Source of the DNA: Convolutriloba macropyga
Taxonomy: Eukaryota
Reading direction: 5' to 3'
DNA: 64,000 bases
NCBI RefSeq assembly: GCF_964194025.1
Contig: NC_134480.1
Location: 33,976,001 to 34,040,000, forward strand
In this document: positions 50,335 to 62,799 of the stretch, piece after piece
Position numbering within the stretch: the first letter of the stretch is position 1
Layout: every line of letters starts with the position of its first letter
Position numbers and translations under genes: made by a program
Notes under the pieces: model-generated
What the model was told of the DNA's origin: nothing
Database searches by the model: none
The model's input: only the letters and a program-made list of their open reading frames with translations

Positions 50335-51911
50335 GTAAGTGCTAACTTTAATTCAATTTATCAATTGTACGGAACGCGGTTATGAGTCTGCTCAATCGAA
50401 AAGCAATGAGGATAAGAGTGGGTACAAATTTTAAACCGCAAAAAGGTGGGGGTACGGGTGGAATAAAGACAAGGACATCGTCGAGTTACACTTTATTTCA
50501 TCCTTCATTCCACTCCCTAAATCCACCCTTAATATGAAAGACTCGACGTTTTGATGGTAAAAAACAGCTCCATTCAATTCTTTGTCTTGCATCGCAATTA
50601 AAAGTCCTTTTCTCTTCTGTTTCCATTATGGAATCAATTTTTCTACACGAACTTCTACCTATATTTTTTCCCTTTTTATTTCATTGTTTTCACCGCAGAA
50701 ACTTGATGAAATAATCGTGGAAAAAACTTTTGCCCGACTATATCAATCTTTTATCAAATTTTAACAGTCAAAACCCTGACCAGTGTGCATGAGCCGTGGT
50801 AACTTGTCAATAGATAGTTCGCAATATTCTTTAAAAAAACAAGAAAAGAAAAAACTTCACAAACTGTTACAATATGATATGATTTATCAGCAACTGAAGA
50901 TGCAAAGTTTGAACAACTCTAAGACTTCCTATTTCTTTCAAACCTACCGGACATGCATAAAAAATCTTGAAGTTTCAACCCAATAAGCATTTACAAAATA
51001 TTGCGAACAATTTCAATCAGTTTCCTACTATTTGTAGCAATGGCCCAGTAGCATTCAATTAATGGTGAATTTAGTAATAATTTTCTTGAAAATAACGAAT
51101 TACTGTGTAACTAAGAGAATAATTTGAACATTATTACAACCAAAGAATTTGAATTCTATTGCGGTGTTGTCTTTTTACGACTCGAAGAGGAGTAATGGAG
51201 AAGTACTTTTTACGACTCAGAGAGGCGCTATCGTTTTCTGTTTTCTTTCTTAGAGCAAGCAAGCAAAGAAACCGGAAGCTCAGAGATAAATGTTCCAGTG
51301 AATAAAGTGAAATCCAGAGAATAAATTTTGAGAGAGTTATTGTGGTGATCAAATTCGAAGAGCGGAGAAAACGAAGAGTCGTAATGTTGTTCATACCTGC
51401 TTTTGAAACTGAAGGGAAAAAGTAGACGTGCAAAATTTTTGCTAAACGAGTGCTTTTTTTGTTCTCATGCTTCTTTTTGAAGCTGTTTCTTTTTGGCTTT
51501 ATGTTTAATTTATGTTGTCTAACAAGTTATTGTGGAATAAAATAGTGATATTGAGACTGTTTTGATATCTTTTTGAAATAATTTGTTAAATAACGGTAAT
51601 TTAACACTAGTTTGAAGTTTTTTTTTCATATTTTGCTGATTTGTATTCTATTTTTGCTACTTTTTTTTAAACCATTATATTGTTTTTTTTTGAATTTATT
51701 GGTAAAGGAATTAAAGAATGACGCATGTAGGCACTGTTTCATGCAAAAGAGACGAAGTTCCTTTTGTACAAAGTTGTCTTTTATTTTTAAAAAAAAATCG
51801 GACAAAAAAATGAGAAGTTTGGCTCTAATTTTCTCGTTTTTTAATTTTCACTTTTTCATCCTTTTTTCAAAGATAGTATTTTTTATGGGACAAATAAGAC
51901 TTGTCGCATAT

Positions 51912-52408
51912 TGTCGTGGTCGATAACACGGGTCAAAGAATTCAATAAGTTGAATTTTAAATTAAGCTTTGAACTGAAAATATACAAAAATTAGCTTGTA
52001 TTTATAGTGGTTATCTATGCGAAAATATACAGAGAAAATTTAGATTAGCTAAAAATATTTAACATGATTGGCATGTGAAAAGATCTTAACTCCGAATCCC
52101 GGAGGTGACTTTCTATTTTCATCAACATTTCATGAGAATCATATATGGCTTGGGTACAATCGAGTTCATTAGTTGGAGGTCGGTGTATGTTAGAATCAGG
52201 TTTCTGTTGGTGGGAGAATTTACTTCTGACATATGATTGATAGGTCAATAAGATAATGATAGCGCCAAAACAAAATTAGAATTGAGTTTAGTTTTGTAGC
52301 CATTACTTATCGACACAGCAATAAAGTTCGTCAGGTAAGTTCTTCTTTCGTTCTTTGAAACTTTAATAAAACTTCTAAGTTTCTTGATGTTTCATTGAAA
52401 CCACAACA
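51912..52408 (-). repeat. Gypsy 3' LTR
   Basis: Direct repeat of 56295-56792, adjacent to the PPT. Confidence 0.95.
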
Positions 52409-52490
52409 TCCTCCCTCCTTTTTTAAGCAAGTTTGTGGGTATAGGTTCTTCAAATCTGTCAGGTTGTTTTCTGTTCCTGGTTGATGTTCG

Positions 52491-55400
52491 TCAAGGCTCT
52501 GAGGTTTCGGGTTGTTGGTGCTCTGCAGATGATGTGGCTGCAGAAGCTTCATCTTGATGTGAAGGTCCCACATCTGTGTTCTGAGGTTGTAGTTCTGATT
52601 GAGATATGGTCTCCTCCACTGCTGGTTCAGTTTTCACATTGTCCTCGTCTAATCTCGCAATTTGGTTGTCGCTCACTAGAATAGTCCGTGCTGAGTTTTC
52701 AGGCTGTATGAAAAATATGTTCAGGCCCTTCCTGATGATGAAGGTAGCAGGAACTGTATTTGTCTTTTCGTTGGCCTTGAATACAATGGGTTCGCACAAG
52801 TCGAAATCTGCTATTGCTGGTAGTCTCACTCTGCGTCCCAACAGGAGTTCAACTGTAGTTTTGCTCCTCGTCTTTGAAGTGTTGCGATGTGTCATCAGTG
52901 CCCTTTGCAGGAATGCTCCAAATGACACATTAAGGTTGGGACTCCACGCTTGAAGTGCCCGCTTCACTGTCTGAACTGCTCTTTCAGCTAGTCCATTAGC
53001 TCTTGGATGATAGACGGGTGATTCTATTTTCTTAATTCCCAGTGATTCACACCACTGTTTAAGGTCACCACTTACAAATTCAGGATCATTATCAGAAACT
53101 AAAGTTTTTGGTATTCCGAATCTTGCAAAGATTTGACTAAGATATATTTTAACTGTTTCTGATGTTCTATTTCCCGCGGGGAAGGCTTCTATCCAACCAG
53201 AACCCGCGTCAACAATTACTAATGTATTGCCTTGGTCCTTAGCATAACCCCAGTCCATGTGGAGCCGTTCCCAAACGTCGGCTTCTGGCCACGTAGAGAC
53301 TGTTTTTTCCAGGCTAGGCCTGTTCAATTGACAATTCTTACATTTACTAACAAAGTGTTGAACGTCTTGGGTAATGCCAGGCCACCAAGCTATCATTCTG
53401 ACTGATACCTCAGTTGCATTCTTTCCGGGATGTGTCTCATGCGCTTTTGCCAAAACCAAGTGTCGTAGTTTGGGTGGAATGAAAGGAACAACACCTCTGA
53501 AGATGATTCCATTATGTAAAGTAAGTGCATCTTTCTGTTGTTCGAATCCTTTTTCCGCTTCTGAACATTGTTTCCAATGGCCGCTTTTGATTCGTTTCAT
53601 TATGTACTGGAAGAGTCTGTTTGTTCCAAGTTCAGTTTTGATTTCTGCTTGGGTCACCAAATCACTCTGAGCGAAGTAGATGTTATTGATTGCGAAACAC
53701 ACTCGATCGTTGTCGGATTCGTCCTCGACGAAATCCATTCTGATCAAAGCATCTGCATGGGGTATCTGCTCCCCTGGTGTGTACTTCAACTCATAGTCGA
53801 AGCCCATTAGAGCTATTGCCCATCTTGTGATTCTCGCTGATGCTGTCTTCGGGATCTCCTCGTCTGGTGCAAAGAGATATTTGAGTGGTTTGTGGTCAGT
53901 CTGTAGGGTAAATCGTCTTCCAAGAAGGAATCGCTTCAATCTTGTGACCACAAAGACAATTGCCAGTGCTTCCCGCTCTATGTTCGAGTAGTTTTGCTCC
54001 GCTGGAGTCAATTTTCTCGATACATATATGACTGGACGTCCTTCTTGCGAAAGAACCCCGCCAATGGCTTTTTCAGAGGCGTCAGTAGTAACTGTTGCTT
54101 CTTTTTGTAGACTATACGGCTGTACTAGTGGGTTAGCACATAATTCATTTTTTATGTCTTCAAAGGCTTTTTGTTGCATTTTGCCCCATGAGAAATCGCT
54201 ATTTCTCATGTTATTTAAGGGTAGCATTTTTGTTGCAAAATCAGGAATCATTCTTCCGTAAAAATTTGCTAGCCCAACAAATGATTCAAGTTGTTTATTG
54301 TTAGTTGGTGCTTTTGCATTTTTTAATTTTTCAACATGTTTGGGATCTGGTGCTATTCCCTCCTTTGAAATGGAGTATCCCAAAAAGCTAACGCTATCGA
54401 CTGGTTTTGAGTTGGATTTTTTCTCATTATTAGTAAAATTTTTCTCACGTAGTCGACTCTTGACTGCAAGCATTCTCTTGTCGAACTGCTCCTTGGTAGT
54501 TCCATACACCAACACATCGTCTTGAAAGATCACAACACCTTTGATTCCTTTGAGTGTTGATTCTATACAATTCTGGAAGATTTAAGAAGAGTTTTTCAAT
54601 CCCTGAGGTAGTCGGCACATCTTGAACAGTCCCTGAGATGTGTTGATTGTGCATATATCTTTTGCTTCTTCGTCAAGTTCAATTTGATAGTAGGCATCTG
54701 AGAGGTCAATTTTGCCAAAGTATGAGGCGCCATGTAGGTTATGGAAGATCGTCTCCATGTCTGGTATTGGGTAGTCCTCATCCATGACCTTGCCATTGAT
54801 GTGCACTTTCAAGTCCACGCAAAGTCTCAGTTCTCCACTCTTCTTTTTCTGCCACACCACTGGAGATGCATTAGTGGCTCCTCCTGGCTGAACCGGTTCA
54901 AGGATGCCTTGTCTGACCATTTGTTCCAGCTTCTCTGTGACCTTGCCTTGAAGAGATAGAGGTATTTTTCTGGCTTTGCAGAACATTGGCTGTGTTCCTG
55001 GTATCAACTTCACATGAGCTTTGTAACCCTTCACAGCAGGTAGGTGCTCGGCTGTGATGTTGTTCACGCCGTGTTTGGGTAGAAGGTCTCTACCAAGTAG
55101 TCCAAATTCTTTATCAGACTGCACAACTGCAAGTTGTTTTTGAGTGAGCCTGCTTCCGTTCCACTCAACGTCACAAGTAAGTGATCCCAGAAGCGTTAAT
55201 TGATGACCATCATAAGCTTCGAGATGTCTTATCTTACCATCCAACTGAGGTTTACCAAGCTCAGTCCATATTTTTGATGATATCACTGTGCTATCTGCAC
55301 CTGTGTCTACCTGCATTTTTACTTTGCAGTTATTTATTGAGATGTATTCCCATGTCACAGACATGCTAAAGATTTGTTCTTTAGTATAAAACATTCCCAT

Positions 55401-56294
55401 CTCCGATGCTGGAGATGCTTACTCTGAAGAAACATTTTCTTCTTCGCAAAAATTATTCTGTTTATTGTACTTACCTGAATTTGGTTGGGGTTTGCTTCTA
55501 CACATTTTTGAGAAGTGTCCCACTTTTTCACAGGTGTTGCATTTCTTACTTAGCGCTGGACAAGGTCTACTAGAGTGTGGCTTACCTCCACACCTAGTGC
55601 ACATGTTGTTGCTTTTATTAGTCGTAATTTTTTCATTTGGTTTTCGAAAAGTCTTTTTGAAGTTGAACCCAACTTCTTCTTTCACCGTAAAGGGCTTATT
55701 ACCTGATGAAGAACTTGCAAAAGACATTGCTTGACTTCTGAACTGTAAGCTCTCGGTCATTTCAGTAACCGACATTGCTGGTTTTGCTTTAATACCGTCT
55801 AGTAGTCTATGTTTTGCTTCAGGGTCCCTCAAACCTGAGATAAACTTTATTTTTACCAACTCCTCTTCGGGGTTGGCCGCTGTTTTCGATTTTTCGAAGT
55901 CACAATAGCGTGCTTCCTCTCTAAGACGTGCTAGGAAGTCGTCGTCTGATTCCCCTACACCTTGGATTACGGACAGAAATTTAGCTCTTTCTGCCGTTAC
56001 TAATCTCTCTTTAGGAGAAATATAATTTTGAATCGCCAATCTGATGTCTTTATACGGTGTGTCTATCAAATTCCTAGGACTCATTAAGCTCCTAAGTTTA
56101 ATAATTGCATCTTGCCCGCACACACTAAGAAAGAGATTGGTTACCTGTATGTCCTGTACAGTACCATCGGTGCTGACCTTGTCCTCTTTCTTCTCTGCGC
56201 GACATTTCGCCACAAAAGACATAATCCACGCAGTAGCTGATTCTGCATTCTGTAGATCCAAAATTTGTCTGTCTGTAGCTGGTCTGGACACCAT
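52491..56294 (-). pseudogene. Gypsy gag-pol in one frame (~1268 codons) with two in-frame TAA stops
   Basis: ORFs ending 55419, 54582 and 52491 share one frame. Two knuckles CTRC...H...C and CNTC...H...C; protease VDTGAD; RT IFQDD; RNase H TDAS...EREAL...TDHKPL; integrase HPG...CKNC, SDN...NGLAER. Confidence 0.95.
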
Positions 56295-56792
56295 TGTCGT
56301 GGTCGATAACACGGGTCAAAGAATTCAATAAGTTGAATTTTAAATTAAATTTTGAACTGAAAATATACAAAAATTGGCTTGTATTTTTAGTGGTTATCTA
56401 TGCGAAAATATACAGAGAAAATTTAGATTAGCTAAAAATATTTAACATGATTGGCATGTGAAAAGATCTTAACTCCGAATCCCGGAGGTGACTTTCTATT
56501 TTCATCAACATTTCATGAGAATCATATATGGCTTGGGTACAATCGAGTTCATTAGTTGGAGGTCAGTGGATGTTAGAATCAGGTTTCTGTTGGTGGGAGA
56601 ATTTACTTCCTGACATATGATTGATAGGTCAATAAGATAATGATAGCGCCAAAACAAAATTAGAATTGAGTTTAGTTTTGTAGCCATTACTTATCGACAC
56701 AGCAATAAAGTTCGTCAGGTAAGTTCTTCTTTCGTTCTTTGAAACTTTAATAAAACTTCTAAGTTTCTTGATGTTTCATTGAAACCATCACA
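56295..56792 (-). repeat. Gypsy 5' LTR
   Basis: Direct repeat of 51912-52408, adjacent to the PBS. Confidence 0.95.
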
Positions 56793-57550
56793 CATATTTT
56801 TTGCTTCTTGGTTGAAACAACGTTTCTGGTATGTATGTGTACTTGTATCTCAATAAAATAAAATTAAATATTATTCTGCCGCTTTTGAAAGCCCGGAGAA
56901 AACTGATGCGATATAATATAAAAAACATCCAATATAACTCAGAGACCTTTCAATTTAACTTTTGAGTTTTTAAGAGTTACCAGTAGGGCACTTTTTAAAT
57001 CTTGATTTAAACTTAATATGCATAACAGAATTTTTCGTACATTTAACTTATGGGCTGTACAGAACTCTTAATGATCTTAGCACATCTTTCATCTGTAACC
57101 TGCACTGTGCCCTGTCAAAAGTAGTAATTCTTTAATAATTTGTCTACTTGGGTACGTTTTTAAGAAGAGTTGAGTAAAAGCTCTGCTTTGAAAAAATGAT
57201 AAAACCAATTTTATTGATACTATTCGCGTTGATTTTTTCGCCGCATAAGCATTTATCAAAAGAGATACAGAATTTGACAAGTATATTGATTTGTGTTTCT
57301 CACAGTGTAGAGTTAAGACCAATAAGTGTCAAAATATAAAAATTATTTATGAAGTTTTCGTAATTTTGAGTTCCCCAGTCGAGATAAGGTTTAATTTGCA
57401 AGACGACGTATCGTTTTTGGAAGATTTTCTCCCCAAATTTTGCAATATCATGAAACTTTAGAGAAAAAATCTTATAGCATTATAGTCAGATCCGCTCTTT
57501 TCTGAGATTTTGACAGAGAACCCGAAAATCAACATATTTTTTTGTTTAAG

Positions 57551-57758
57551 AGTACCTACACGACCCTCTGGACGAAAAGATAGCTAAACTGCCAGTACAT
57601 GTCTACGTCATCAGACTGACTAAGAGGAGTGGGTTAATCAGAGCCAGACTGGCAGGTGCTGCTGCTGCCAAAGGGAAGGTGCTCACATTCCTGGACAGTC
57701 ACTGTGAGGCCAGCAGAGGGTGGCTGGAACCACTTCTGGCTGAGATTGCAGCCGATAG
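57551..57758 (+). CDS. GALNT1: GALNT exon 4 (DxH motif); absent from the ORF track
   Basis: [44 protein letters not shown] acceptor and GTTAAT donor; phase 1 in, phase 2 out. Confidence 0.95.
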
Positions 57759-60243
57759 GTTAATGAAGTTCACTTTACACATCTTCGAGCAAAAAGATTT
57801 CTCCGTTTTTCAGTGAATTCTGAATGGTCACGAAAAAAATTGGAGCGAAGACTTAATTCTGATATGGTTTTTTGTCCCAGAATTTTTTTCTCCAATATTG
57901 CTAACTTCCAAAGTTTGGAAGCTTCGCTTATTTATATTCAAAGCATAGGGCAGTGGATTGATGGACTTACGTGTCTTAATATTTCAGCGCTTGTGAAGAC
58001 AATGTCAATAACAAGCATTACTGAATCATTATATACTCAATCAGTTCAAAATCTAAATTCTCAACAACCCAGAGCACGAGCGACTGCCCTATGTCTGGTC
58101 AGAATGTATGGCCACCAGGCCTGTCGAAGGCCAGATTTTGTTGCCAACTGTTCTTTGGCTGTCAAGAACAGAAAGCTGACTGCGATATATCTGACGAAAT
58201 TGTAAAGTTTCACATGAACATATAAATGAGTCAATGAACATATAAGTTTTTATGATTCAATTCTCCGGCACATAGCTACGGGTAAGAAACATAACCACAG
58301 TTGTGAACCCCCCCCCCCTAATTTTTCCCGCCTTCTTTACAATTTTCTTTCTTTACCTAATTTTTAAAACCTAACAGTCGAAGGTTTTTTTCAAACAGAA
58401 AAATGTTTTCATAAACGTTTTAAGCGACTAAACCCTTTTAAAAAGTAATTCTAAGTAAAAAAAAATTAGGAGGAAATTAGTGCTCAAGGCAGTCATAGAT
58501 TACTTTCCGACACACAGATTATTACTACTAAAAATAAGGTTTCTCTTGTTTCCGATAACTTTCATACGCACTATTTCTTTGGAATGTTAATTTTTCATTA
58601 ATATAAAGTAGAATCTTTCCGAGTAAGTCAGCATGGCATGCGTTGCTTATCAGTTTTTCCAGGCTCAAAAACAATACCAACTTTTGAAATTCTGCAGAAA
58701 TTTTTTCTTTTTCTTTCAAGTTCTAGAAAAATTGTTGACCATCAGCTCTAGTGTGTTTTGGATATGTTTTACTCTTGGCCATTTATATCAAATTGCAGTT
58801 TCAGCTTCATTTAATTATTTATTTAATTTTATCAGTAAAACAATGCAACATACTGAACTTGAAGCATTCAATGTCACGTTCTGGACTCATTCAGTTCTCA
58901 TTTATATTTTTATTTCAATGCTTTGACTAATTGAAAGGCAAAAAAGTCTGCTCAACTTGCAAAATTTTTCATTAAAAATTTACTTAATACATGCATGACC
59001 AGCAATGTTTTGAAAAGAAGATTACAAAATCAAATAGAGCTCTTTGTTTGAAATTTTTCAAATCTCAGAAAAAATGAGTACAACCGCTGGCATTAACCTT
59101 CAATACCATTTAATTCTAAAGCTCTCTTCATTTTATTGCATGTTCAAAACGTCAACTCATCCCCCCTAAGTCAATCCTTTTCCAGCTAAAATTTTTGAAT
59201 ATAGGATGAACTCGAAATGCAAACTATACAAAATCTTTTCCAAGAACGATGTCTGTCTGAAGGCTGGAGTGTTTGGTTTCCTTGTTAAAATATTAGAAGA
59301 TATGCTATATTTGTTATCACTTAAAAAATAATTCAAAAAAGATTTTATAACTCTTTTGTTGAAATAGGTGTAATTTATTTAGTTGCTACTGATATCGTAC
59401 ATTTCTGCAACTGCAATCGTCGTGCTGTCTAATGACAGTGAGTTGTTTGGTCTTAAATGAGATTCTAAAACAAATACGTTGCTTACGTTAGGCAATTTTT
59501 TTGGTTTTCATTGATGTAGTTTCTGAAAATAAATTCTAACAAAAATAAGAAATAGGCTCAACCTTGGCCTATCAAGAGATAATAAATATAGTATCAACAA
59601 CTATCAGATTTCTGCTACGATCACAAACCATGAAGAGCGAAAAAACTGGTGGCGCATATTTCTATGCAGTTGAAATTTTTTATGCGGAAAAACACATACC
59701 GATTGCATTTGAATGCCTAGTTCAATTGGAGGAAACTAGGCTTGGATTCTTAATATAATATAAAAAGCAATTTTTGAGCCATAATAGTGATGTACTTTTT
59801 TCAAAAATAGTTAAAGTTGATCCGGGAGCAGATTTTGGGCTGCAAATTTAGCAAATTTTGTGCAAGAGTTTTTTTCGAACTTAAAAGACGAGGTACTTTT
59901 ATGTTTCAGAAAGGGGCAAAGAAAAGGCAACGAAATCAGAATTTTAACGCAAAAATCTAGTGTACATACTATTCGGACCATTTAGTTGAACTTTCACTCT
60001 AATCAGAACCACCATTTGACAGATCATGAAGTATCCAGGTAGTCTGAACAAAAGTCGTTTGTCTGTGACAAAGATTGAACAAAGAAAAATTAAAATGATA
60101 TGATAAATTGAAATTGGATAAGACTAAACTGATTTGAGAGCTCGTAAATATTTAATAATATGGTCTTTGTTTGAATTTACGTTCAGACTAAAAATATATT
60201 GGGTTTCGGTTCTCATCCAAAATGGGAGAACGTTTTATTTCAG

Positions 60244-60417
60244 GACTACAGTTGTGACTCCAGTGATAGACAACATAGAGATGAACAGTTTCCAGTACAT
60301 AGTTGTGGCGGGGGAGGTGCAGGTGGGGGGATTCGAGTGGTCTCTTACCTTCAACTGGTACCCCCTCACTGAGAAGGAGAGGAAGAGGGTCAATGGAGAC
60401 ATAAGCTTACCTGTCGC
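60244..60417 (+). CDS. GALNT1: GALNT exon 5; gene continues beyond the window
   Basis: VVTPVIDNI...GGFEWSLTFNWYP. TTTCAG acceptor and GTGAGT donor. The expected next exon (PTMAGGLF) was not found in the window. Confidence 0.95.
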
Positions 60418-60681
60418 GTGAGTCACAAATTAACAGTTTTCAAGATCTGATTTGATAAACCGGATTTTTTCTTTTTCTGCTCACCTTAGCTTCTTTTATT
60501 GCATATTATTTGCAGCCACAAGCATGCGTCGTGTGTTAACACTCATTACAGGCCGTTCCCGTACCATATCAGCAGAGACTATCATGCCTTATTCAGAAAA
60601 AATCAGATAAGGTCCCAGAGTCTGATCTGGCCAAATACAAGGTTGCTAAGAGAACACTCCAGAGTCGACCTCTGAGGTTTC

Positions 60682-60883
60682 TACTGACAGGGAAAAATCA
60701 AGTCTTGGGGGTCTCTGCCCAGAAATCCCAAATCTTGGGTCTCTCTGCTAAGAGAAATGCCAAGTCTTGGGTCACTCTGTGAAGAGTATACTCAAGGCTT
60801 GATGACCTCGTGGCAGACAAGACGCAAGACTTGGGATTTCACTTGGCAGAAAGGATCCAAGACTTGATTTTTTCAGGACAGAG
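60682..60883. mobile_element. Palindromic MITE-like element built from ~31-bp CAAGTCTTGG units
   Basis: Left AAAAATCAAGTCTTGG...GAAATCCCAAATCTTG pairs with right CAAGACTTGGGATTTC...CCAAGACTTGATTTTT. Confidence 0.65.
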
Positions 60884-62799
60884 GGTTAGAATGGTGCATT
60901 TTCTAGGTTCAGAAAAGTAATTTTGAGTACCCTAATGTACAAATAAAGCACCAAATGCACCAATTATGATTTTGAATGCTATCAAAATTAAGTTTATGCA
61001 TCTTGGTAAGGTATGCTGACCTTTTCAAGGCCTAAGAGGTCCTTAAAAATACAAATTCATTACTCACTATTGAAGAAAAATGAAGAGTTTAACAATAACA
61101 ACACCCACAAGCGAACGCACGAAAAACACTAACAAGCACACTTACGCACATACAATAGGCAGCACTTCTTGAATAGCTTGAAAAAATATTCTAGGTCTGC
61201 AATTTTCAAAATAACAAAAAAGCCTTTCGAAAACCTAACTTTTGCCGTTGTGAATAACATAACCGTTTGCCAGATATCGAATTATTAATTTGTTTTTGAA
61301 AAATGACTTAATATGACTCCAAGAAAAATAACTTTTTTACTTTTAGTAGCGTCAATCTCATGTCACTAGGACGATGCTAAAAATTTTGATCAACAGCGAA
61401 TTTAAACCACAGTGAAAAAAGACAATTTTAACAGCTTAGTTCTATTGTGTCTACAAATCTGATCAAACTATTCATCAAACGATTAAAATTTGTGTGCGGC
61501 CAGGTTGTCCACTTATTGTTTTTTTTTGCATTTTTGGCCCAACCTGATTAACCCGCTCAGATTTCCTTGGAATAAGTTACCATAGATTTTTTATTTTCAA
61601 CTCTCTTATATGTTAATAAATTCTGAAAGGCGGGAAAAATGAAAACCTAAGGCAAGTCTCGTTTTAAGCAATCTTTTCCATGTGATGAGATTCTAAAAAA
61701 GATTTCGCGTACTACTTATCAGAGGAAACTTACGGTGCTCAAAAATATGCCCTTGATCCCTGCTTCCTCTAAAAACATTTTTTTCAACTGGGATAAAACG
61801 CATTTTTCCCACACTGCTCAAGTTTTATTAATTGCACTGAAATGATTTTTGTTGCAACGAGTTGAATTCTATTTGTGTTCATAAGCAAGTGTCACGTATT
61901 CATATCATTTTTTCATCTGACGCTTTGAATTTTCGAGTAAATTTTCAACGTTCGAGTTATTGATTTTTGGGTCACCTAAAATGCTCTCAATATGAATATA
62001 AACAGCAATTTTTATTTTCGACAGATTACATTTAAAGTATTATTAAAAACCTATCAAATTCGGCCTAAATTGATTTCACTTTTTATTTTCAATCCTCGTA
62101 GTGTTCTATGATGAGTTCTATTATCAGCAGGTTGAGCCTTCCCACATCAATTTTCTAAAAATAACTTCCCGTTAATTAATTTTGCTTATTGAGTAATCAA
62201 AATGTTCTGGTTGTTAGCATTGTCATACTACGGCTGCTGAGTTGCTATAATGAGAGATTCACCAGGCTTTATATTTACACTTCGATAGATCTACCGAAGT
62301 GACAAAAATTCATTCATTGGAAACCTTTTTTTCCCTTACCCATTTTTTGCATCTTTTCCTTTTTTTTCTACTACAACATACGAAATGATGCTAACCTCCC
62401 TATAAGAAAGCTTGCTACAACAAACGTTGGCCTCACGTTTTGTCTTTTTGAGAATTATTTGAGAATTGCTTGTTAAATACGTTTATTTCTGTAGTTGATG
62501 GTAGTTTTAACTTAACGATTGATTTACCTATAGGAACATTTAGTTCATTTTGAGCAAAAACACTTTTGCGGTTGTAAATGAATATTACCTCATAATCACC
62601 GCCATTAAGAGTGATAAAACTCTTTGGTAGTGCCGAGTTGTTGATTAATTTTAAGAAATTTTTGTCATCAACACTCGTTGCATGTAACCCACAGAAGACC
62701 ATCGAGTTTCCAAAAAGGTGAGTTCTTTCCAGAGGTCTCATTGCATTTGCTGTATATTATTTCGGCAGCGGTGATTTATATCTCAATTTTTTATAAATT

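Larger units (their letters stand above)
51912..56792 (-). mobile_element. Near-intact Ty3/Gypsy (Mag-like) LTR retrotransposon in GALNT intron 3 (antisense)
   Basis: LTRs 51912-52408 and 56295-56792 (TG...CA; about 8 substitutions and 1 indel). TSD CATAT at 51907-51911 and 56793-56797. PPT AAAAAAGGAGGGAGGA and PBS TGGTGTCC present. Confidence 0.97.

Noticed and set aside
57813-58205. 130-aa ORF after GALNT exon 4
   Set aside because: Intronic, with no recognisable motif; exons 4 and 5 already join in phase.
60690-60870. CRISPR-like ~31-bp repeats
   Set aside because: The units are contiguous, degenerate and inverted across the centre, which fits a MITE.
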